Part shown: one piece after another, positions 28,986-34,407 of the stretch
Position numbering within the stretch: position 1 is the first letter of the stretch
Layout: each line of letters begins with the position of its first letter
Assembly (NCBI GenBank): GCA_027081565.1
Contig: JALWKG010000351.1
Location: forward strand, 1 to 34,407
Source: Helicobacteraceae bacterium
Lineage (GTDB): Bacteria; Campylobacterota; Campylobacteria; Campylobacterales; Sulfurimonadaceae
Length of the DNA stretch: 34,407 nucleotides
Reading direction: 5' to 3'
Position numbers and translations under genes: made by a program
Notes under the pieces: generated by a model
Seen by the model: only the letters and a program-made list of their open reading frames with translations
What the model was told of the DNA's origin: nothing
Database searches by the model: none

Positions 28986-29390
28986 CTAGCCGACCTCTTT
29001 TTTAGTCGCTACCGCAACATCACTCGCACCCGAAAGACGACACTGATCGACCACATCTATGAGTTTGTCCACAGAGATGGTGTCATCCGTGATGACCAGT
29101 ACCGACTTCTCAGTCGCAGCACGCAGCATCTCACGAAGTTTTCCCTGGATCGCCCAGGTCTTTACCGGCTGACCATCTACATAGGTCTCACCGGTGTTGT
29201 CGATGTAGACACGGATCACCTTCGAAGATGTACGAGAAGCAGAAGATGCTCCTGGACGTTCAAGGTCGAGTTTCATATCTTTGGTAAAGGTCGAACTCAC
29301 CATAAAAAAGATCAACAATATAAACACCATGTCGATCAGTGGTGACATATCGACATCGCTGACATGCTCTTTTTTTCTTCTAAACTTCAT
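28986..29390 (-). CDS. exbD: Biopolymer transporter ExbD (start placed at ATG 29390)
   Basis: DMSPLIDMVFILLIFFMVSSTF with the essential TM Asp; AAGGA RBS before 29390. Confidence 0.93.
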   Translation of the reverse strand: MKFRRKKEHVSDVDMSPLIDMVFILLIFFMVSSTFTKDMKLDLERPGASSASRTSSKVIRVYIDNTGETYVDGQPVKTWAIQGKLREMLRAATEKSVLVITDDTISVDKLIDVVDQCRLSGASDVAVATKKEVG

Positions 29391-29997
29391 GATCTTCCTT
29401 TGTCTCTTTGACACATAATATATCTTTGATCTGTTCCAACTCTAACTCCATCACATGGCTTCTACGATCGAGCAGACGTCCGATGATGACTCCGGGGACC
29501 GCTACGACCAGACCCAGTTGCGTGGTGAAAAGTGCCTGAGAGATACCCCCTGCGATACCCCCACTCTGAGAGAAGAGTGAGGCTGATGCCAGAGAGTCAA
29601 AAGTCTCTATCATCCCCACTACTGTTCCCAAAAGTCCGATAAGCGGTGCAATAGCCACGAGGGTCATCACCATCTTGGAGTATTTTCTGATCGCCACTTC
29701 ATACTCATAGAACTTGTCATCGATAAGCTTACGCGCCATCTTGCTGCGACCAAACTCGTTGACGATTGCCATAGCATCCTGGATGGCACTGTCGATCAGA
29801 CCCGCTACCTTGGTACGTTTATGTTCGTCATACTTTCTGATGAGCGTACGCACACTCTTTTTCGAGCCACGCTTGAGGGTATGGAACCGAAACCCCAGTC
29901 CAAACCACAAAAACATCGCAGCGAAAAAGAGCGGCCACATCACAAAGCCGCCGCTGTGCATGTACTCCAGAAAGCCTTCTATATAGACGCCTATCAT
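29380..29997 (-). CDS. exbB: MotA/TolQ/ExbB proton channel protein
   Basis: GGFVMWPL, APLIGLLGTVVGMIETF, AGGISQALFTTQLGLVVAVP. Confidence 0.92.
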   Translation of the reverse strand: MIGVYIEGFLEYMHSGGFVMWPLFFAAMFLWFGLGFRFHTLKRGSKKSVRTLIRKYDEHKRTKVAGLIDSAIQDAMAIVNEFGRSKMARKLIDDKFYEYEVAIRKYSKMVMTLVAIAPLIGLLGTVVGMIETFDSLASASLFSQSGGIAGGISQALFTTQLGLVVAVPGVIIGRLLDRRSHVMELELEQIKDILCVKETKEDHEV

Positions 29998-31310
29998 TAT
30001 TTGGTCTTGTTGTACTCGTTAATGACGTGAAGTGCTGAGTGCTCCATCGCATCTTTAATCTTCTCTGCCCAGGCGCTTAACATGTTTCCGACAAGCAACA
30101 TCGGGATGGCGACGATAAGACCCAGCTCCGTTGTCACAAGTGCGATAGAGATACCCCCTGAAAGCAGTTTCGGATCACCCGTACCAAACTCCGTGATGAT
30201 GTCAAAAGTCGCGATCATTCCCGTTACCGTTCCAAGTAGTCCTAGAAGAGGCGCCACGGCAGCGATCACCATGATGGCAGAACCAAAACGGTCTAGTCTG
30301 CTGCTCTCATGCATGATCGACTCCATGACCACATCTTCAACATGCTCACGTTCTGCATCGAGGTTACGTACAGTTGCTTTAAGTACACGCGCCGTTGCCC
30401 CTTTTTTATCTTTCAAAAAGGCAAGCGTTTTCTCTTGTCCACCCTCTTTAAGTTGAACAATGGTTGCTTTGGCCAGAGGTCCAGTTGCAGAACCGGCACC
30501 CATTAAGAAGATGGATCTCAAAAGTGCCAGTAGCAGACCAAAAAGACCAAGACCGATGATCACCCAACCAATGATCCCACCTGAGTCGATGACCGAGTAG
30601 ATCGTCTTCTCTGTTTTATCTTCGATCTCTTTGATGCTGTTTTCAAAAATAAATATGTGTAAAGTCTCTGGCATCTTGCCCTCAGCTAAAGCTTTTGCTG
30701 TTTCAACTGCTGCTGGCTCATCATAAAGTTTGAACTTGTTCTCGCCTGCCGGGACCAAAGCACCTGCATTTTGACCATCTACACCAAAACGTGCGATGTT
30801 TCCGACTTTGACCACCGTACCCAGTTTCTCTGTTCCATCGTTAAGATAAAAAGGTGCCTTGGTCACTTCAATGGTGGAAAGTCTTTGAATCAATGCATTA
30901 GAGGTGCTGAAGATCGTTTTTAAAGCTTCCTGATAATGATCTTTATCAGCTTCAATATTGATACCGTAAGGCTTGAGTGAAGAGTGCGCCTGCAGCACTA
31001 CCGCTTCGACCATAGAGACATCATCACTGACGTTTTGTGCGTTTTGCTGCGCGACATAAAGTGCATCGTTAAGACGCTCGCTCTGTGCCTGACGTGCAAG
31101 TACCTTGTTCTGAAGTGCAATAAGTTCAGACCTGGTCGCTTTGAGCTTTTGGGCATTTTCAGACTTCACACGCTCCAAACGGCTGGTCAACATCTTCTTT
31201 TGTGCCTTCATAAAAGCAAACTCTTTGGCGTATGCACGCTCCAGTTGTGTATCCGTCGCTCCAAAAAGTGTTGCAGAAAGCAGCATTAAAGCGAGTAGTA
31301 ACTTTTTCAT
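29997..31310 (-). CDS. ttpC: TtpC-like large ExbB-family protein (periplasmic coiled coil plus C-terminal MotA/ExbB channel)
   Basis: Signal peptide, long coiled coil, GGIIGWVII, APLLGLLGTVTGMIATFDIITEFGTGDPKLLSGGISIALVTTELGL; 437 aa; lies between DUF3450 and exbB. Confidence 0.8.
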   Translation of the reverse strand: MKKLLLALMLLSATLFGATDTQLERAYAKEFAFMKAQKKMLTSRLERVKSENAQKLKATRSELIALQNKVLARQAQSERLNDALYVAQQNAQNVSDDVSMVEAVVLQAHSSLKPYGINIEADKDHYQEALKTIFSTSNALIQRLSTIEVTKAPFYLNDGTEKLGTVVKVGNIARFGVDGQNAGALVPAGENKFKLYDEPAAVETAKALAEGKMPETLHIFIFENSIKEIEDKTEKTIYSVIDSGGIIGWVIIGLGLFGLLLALLRSIFLMGAGSATGPLAKATIVQLKEGGQEKTLAFLKDKKGATARVLKATVRNLDAEREHVEDVVMESIMHESSRLDRFGSAIMVIAAVAPLLGLLGTVTGMIATFDIITEFGTGDPKLLSGGISIALVTTELGLIVAIPMLLVGNMLSAWAEKIKDAMEHSALHVINEYNKTK

Positions 31311-32068
31311 TATTTCACCTCCGTAACAACAAGAGCATTAGGCAGTGTGAAGTACCCTGTTCTGATCTGCTTTTTAAAGGCATCGAAGATCGAAGCGATC
31401 TGAACCTTTTCATCTTTGGAAAGGACCTCTTTGTAGTTCCAGCCATTGTCATCTTTGACCACATAACCCATCTCGTCGTTAGGTGTCTTGAAGAACATCA
31501 TCATCGTTCCCACACGCGCCACTTCAGCAAGGCGGTCTTGACCATTAAGGTTGATGGTCTGCTTGAAGATGCCGTTCTCTTTACTCATGCGGATCGCGTC
31601 ACCGTAAGCGTTCCATGTCAGCGCCAGACCTTTTTGTGCGGTCACCTCATCGTTTTGAACCTGCTTTTGGATGCGGTGAATATCAGCGATACGGTCTTCT
31701 GTTTTAAAAGGGATCTGTCTCTGAATGGTTTTTTCAAGTGTCGCCAGAGCTTCAAGTACGATCGGCTTCAGACCGACAGAGTTCTTACCCGCCTCTTTCA
31801 CCTCTTTTTTGACCTTGGCCATCTCTACCTGCAGCTGTTTGATGCGCAACTCTTCTCTGGCGATAATAGACTCAAGATCGTTTTTCTGCATACGAAGTGA
31901 TTTCATCTCACCTTTGTAGCTGTCTTTTTCGTCAGCGATAGCGCTGTCAAGCTGCTCGACCTCGGCACGTAACTTCATCAACGATTCCGCCATGTTGTCA
32001 CTGCTCGCCATCAAAGACGTACCCGCGATCAACACACTCAAAGCAATATTTCGTATTTTTGTAGACAT
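31310..32068 (-). CDS. DUF3450-family exported coiled-coil protein (TonB-system accessory)
   Basis: Signal peptide, coiled coil, IPFKTEDRI, RVG..MMFF, W......, TLP; first gene of the ttpC-exbB-exbD-tonB cassette. Confidence 0.8.
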   Translation of the reverse strand: MSTKIRNIALSVLIAGTSLMASSDNMAESLMKLRAEVEQLDSAIADEKDSYKGEMKSLRMQKNDLESIIAREELRIKQLQVEMAKVKKEVKEAGKNSVGLKPIVLEALATLEKTIQRQIPFKTEDRIADIHRIQKQVQNDEVTAQKGLALTWNAYGDAIRMSKENGIFKQTINLNGQDRLAEVARVGTMMMFFKTPNDEMGYVVKDDNGWNYKEVLSKDEKVQIASIFDAFKKQIRTGYFTLPNALVVTEVK

Positions 32069-32119
32069 GGATTCCCCATCAGCCTCTCAAGTGAGAGGCC
32101 TATAATTTAAGATGGTGAA

Positions 32120-32176
32120 ATAATAGAGTCGAGGGGTTACGCATACGTTACTTATGTGTAACATTTTGGTTACACA
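32120..32176 (-). promoter_or_regulatory. Candidate OmpR/PhoB-family (Pho-box-like) operator array and -10 element of the TonB operon
   Basis: GTTAC at 32136, GTTAC at 32147, GTAAC at 32158 and GTTAC at 32169 give an exact 11-bp period. A minus-strand TATTAT (32125-32120) lies 10 nt past the last repeat. Confidence 0.6.
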
Positions 32177-32456
32177 AAGAGTTTTCAGCGTGTAAAGATA
32201 GGTGTAAAGCCCTAATACAGGCTTCTGTTATGGTTTCGCAATGGTTACAAAGATTATTCAAAACGCTCTACTTACAATTCGGAAAGATAAAACTAACAAC
32301 ACCACGGACATTTACAACAAATCAGGAAAACAAAAACAGGATGATTATCTTCAAAGTAAAGTGTAAATTGCCTCAGTTGAAAGTGCTTGAACCATTATGG
32401 ATAAAAAGAAGATAGATGAAGTGGTAAAATTGTTTTTAAAGTAACAAGGAGACAAC

Positions 32457-33305
32457 TTACTCTATATTTGTAACCGCTAACTTCTCATTTTTATCTGTCC
32501 ACTTTGAGCCCTGTTTCTTTCGCATAAATGTTTCTACCTTTCGTGTCCAAAAGACATTTTTCATCATTGTGTATATGTTTTTTGGTTTTCTAGGTAGTGC
32601 GCGAAGAGCCATAGAGTAACCCATCTCTTCATACTCTATATAGTGCCACCACCCTGGCGGGATGTAAAGAACGTCACCATGGTGCAAGGTGGTCTCGTAG
32701 CCATTTAGATGTTTTAATGCAGGATACTTCTCATAATCTGGCACCCTATAGTCTATGTCATAAAGGCTGGAGAAGGAGTAAGGCACATGGTACATAAAAG
32801 GGGTTTGGTCAGGGGCAAAGAGCATCACTTTTTTCTTGCCCCCAAAATGGCACAAAAAGATGTCAGCACAGTCTATGTCAAAATGCATCTGTACCTTAGC
32901 ACCTTTTCCACCAAAAAACATGGTGGGGAGTTTTTTAAAGAACTTAAGGCCTATCTCTGGAAATTCAAAGTCATGTTGTAACTCAGGGATCTCTTTTAAA
33001 ATCTCAAAAAAGAACATCCGAAGGTCATTTTCTCCTGAGCGAAGTAAGTCAAAATACTTCTTGATCTTCATGCTAGTCTGCTCACCATAAAGCATTGTTT
33101 TGTCACGTGAGGAGTTGGTTCCATAGAGTTTGACCTCTTTTTCTCCCGCCAAACGCTCAAAATACTCAAGAGACCACAACTTCGTCGCACGCCAACCTTG
33201 AGTAATATCTTTCATCACTACAGGAAGTTCATCTCGTTTGTAGTTTTTCATAAAAGTCTCTTGCGTTGTCTTCTCTAGTACGTCAACGGCAGTTAAAGAA
33301 ATCAT
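32457..33305 (-). CDS. Cupin-like/JmjC-domain Fe(II)/2-oxoglutarate dioxygenase
   Basis: PVVMKD...W.A.KLWS.EYF, MHFD (HxD), GKKKVMLF, LHHGDVLYIPPGWWH (distal His); AGGAGAG RBS. Confidence 0.9.
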   Translation of the reverse strand: MISLTAVDVLEKTTQETFMKNYKRDELPVVMKDITQGWRATKLWSLEYFERLAGEKEVKLYGTNSSRDKTMLYGEQTSMKIKKYFDLLRSGENDLRMFFFEILKEIPELQHDFEFPEIGLKFFKKLPTMFFGGKGAKVQMHFDIDCADIFLCHFGGKKKVMLFAPDQTPFMYHVPYSFSSLYDIDYRVPDYEKYPALKHLNGYETTLHHGDVLYIPPGWWHYIEYEEMGYSMALRALPRKPKNIYTMMKNVFWTRKVETFMRKKQGSKWTDKNEKLAVTNIE

Positions 33306-33324
33306 ACACTCTCCTGAAGGTGGT

Positions 33325-33333
33325 ATTATAGCA
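33325..33333 (-). promoter_or_regulatory. Extended -10 promoter for the JmjC gene
   Basis: Minus-strand TGCTATAAT 19 nt before the ATG, with the RBS in between. Confidence 0.65.
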
Positions 33334-33451
33334 CCATATACGTTTTGCTATAAACTCCTTCTCAAGGAGACCAAGAGTTACTTGGATTAAAGGATGAATT
33401 TCAAGAGTGTCAAAGCAGCGCTTTCAGGCAACTGCTCAGTTTAAAAAGTGA

Positions 33452-34405
33452 TTAGAACAGTGTTAAGATGTCTGCTGCACCGCTACCTGATGCTGTTGCT
33501 GGCGCTGGATCAGAAGTTACGTTTGTAAAAGAGATATCACGGAACTGTGCCGGTGTAAATGCGGTTTTAGTTTTAAAAGTCACATCACCTGCTGCGAATT
33601 TGATCGTGCCATCTACAAACTTAGGTGCTGTTGTATCATCTTTGATATAGATACCACCATCGTCTGTTCCCGCCTCTTTAACGATACTGAAGTTTGTGAT
33701 CGTTGGTGATGTCATAGGTGTATCTCCACCGCTAGAGATCTCAAAACCTGAGTGTGCACCGGCAGAGGTCATGTTAACAGTGATGTCTGTTGCCGTACCT
33801 ACATAACCGTAGTCAAGGTCAAAACCATCATCATTACAGTTTGTCATTTCGATACGTGACACATTAACTGTTCCACCCCAGATCTCAACACAATCGTCAG
33901 AAGAGTTAATAACTTCTACATCTTCTATAACTGTACCAGAACCAACACCTGCAAGGGAAAGACCATTGATCTCAAGGTCCGTAGAGACCTGCTTTCCGGA
34001 ATTCAAGATCTTAACGTGTTTGATCACACCACTGTTATCAGCAGCATTTGTTCCGCCAAATGCGAAGTCATCATCAGACTCATCCACTTCGTAGTGTACA
34101 TCTGTATGGTTTGTTGGTGCATTTCCAAGAAGAGTAAGTCCACCCCACTGAGCGATCTCACCTTTACTCTGGTCATCTTTAGCGATGTCTGAAGTAAAGA
34201 TAATCGGTTCTGCTGCAGTTCCCTCAGCCATGATCTTAGAACCTTTGGTAACAACGATGTAGTTTGCACCCTCTTTACCATAAACTGTAGTGCCCGCTTC
34301 GACCGTCAATGTTGCACCATCTTTGATCTTGACAAGACCATCGATCTCCCACTGTGTTCCCTTAGTCAATGTTACGTCAGAAGTACAATCCCCACTAAGT
34401 ACTGT
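33452..34405 (-). CDS. Acidic parallel beta-helix surface/exported protein, 5'-truncated by the window edge
   Basis: The frame is open to the edge (TVLSGDCTSDVTLTKG...). Motifs: GATLTVEAGTTV, GSKIMAEGTAAEPIIFTS, QWGGL.LLGNA, FGG.NAADNSG, EINGLSLAGVGSGT, DDCVEIWGGTVN, DDGFDLD.GY.G. Confidence 0.85.
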   Translation of the reverse strand, partial: TVLSGDCTSDVTLTKGTQWEIDGLVKIKDGATLTVEAGTTVYGKEGANYIVVTKGSKIMAEGTAAEPIIFTSDIAKDDQSKGEIAQWGGLTLLGNAPTNHTDVHYEVDESDDDFAFGGTNAADNSGVIKHVKILNSGKQVSTDLEINGLSLAGVGSGTVIEDVEVINSSDDCVEIWGGTVNVSRIEMTNCNDDGFDLDYGYVGTATDITVNMTSAGAHSGFEISSGGDTPMTSPTITNFSIVKEAGTDDGGIYIKDDTTAPKFVDGTIKFAAGDVTFKTKTAFTPAQFRDISFTNVTSDPAPATASGSGAADILTLF

Positions 34406-34407
34406 CC

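Noticed and set aside
32330-32355. Possible Fur box (GATGATTATC) upstream of the TonB operon
   Set aside because: Only a partial match and more than 250 bp from the start codon.
32230-32415. 61-aa plus-strand ORF in the TonB operon upstream region
   Set aside because: No convincing RBS or motif, and it overlaps putative operator sites; probably spurious.
1-34407. CRISPR array, transposase, rRNA or tRNA
   Set aside because: No regularly spaced repeats or such motifs seen; the only tRNA-like sequence is the tmRNA termini.

Overview
A 34.4 kb bacterial chromosome segment. Gene content and order point to Campylobacterota, probably a Sulfurimonas/Sulfurovum-like organism (inference). From left to right it holds: a tandem array of at least three paralogous genes (one cut by the window edge; the two complete ones are Sel1-repeat lipoproteins), serS, a single-domain SCP2 gene behind a very AT-rich spacer, the coupled minus-strand operon pglG-like/hisH/hisA/prmA/ftsH/psd-like/pssA, waaC, a DUF1624 membrane protein, tmRNA (tag ANNTNYRPALAVA), DUF3943, trpA, panB-ruvB-AI-2E, and hemN/(Fe-S)/DUF433/DsrE-like/lgt. 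The right third is the most interesting part. It is a six-gene TtpC-type TonB energiser cassette (DUF3450, ttpC-like, exbB, exbD, tonB, TPR), coupled to a 1047-aa TonB-dependent receptor and a DUF1566 protein. Upstream lie four 11-bp-phased GT(T/A)AC repeats (Pho-box-like), a JmjC/cupin dioxygenase and a truncated beta-helix surface protein. I interpret this as a candidate phosphate-starvation outer-membrane scavenging system. I saw no transposase, prophage, CRISPR array, rRNA or tRNA. All family assignments are from motif recognition, not database searches.
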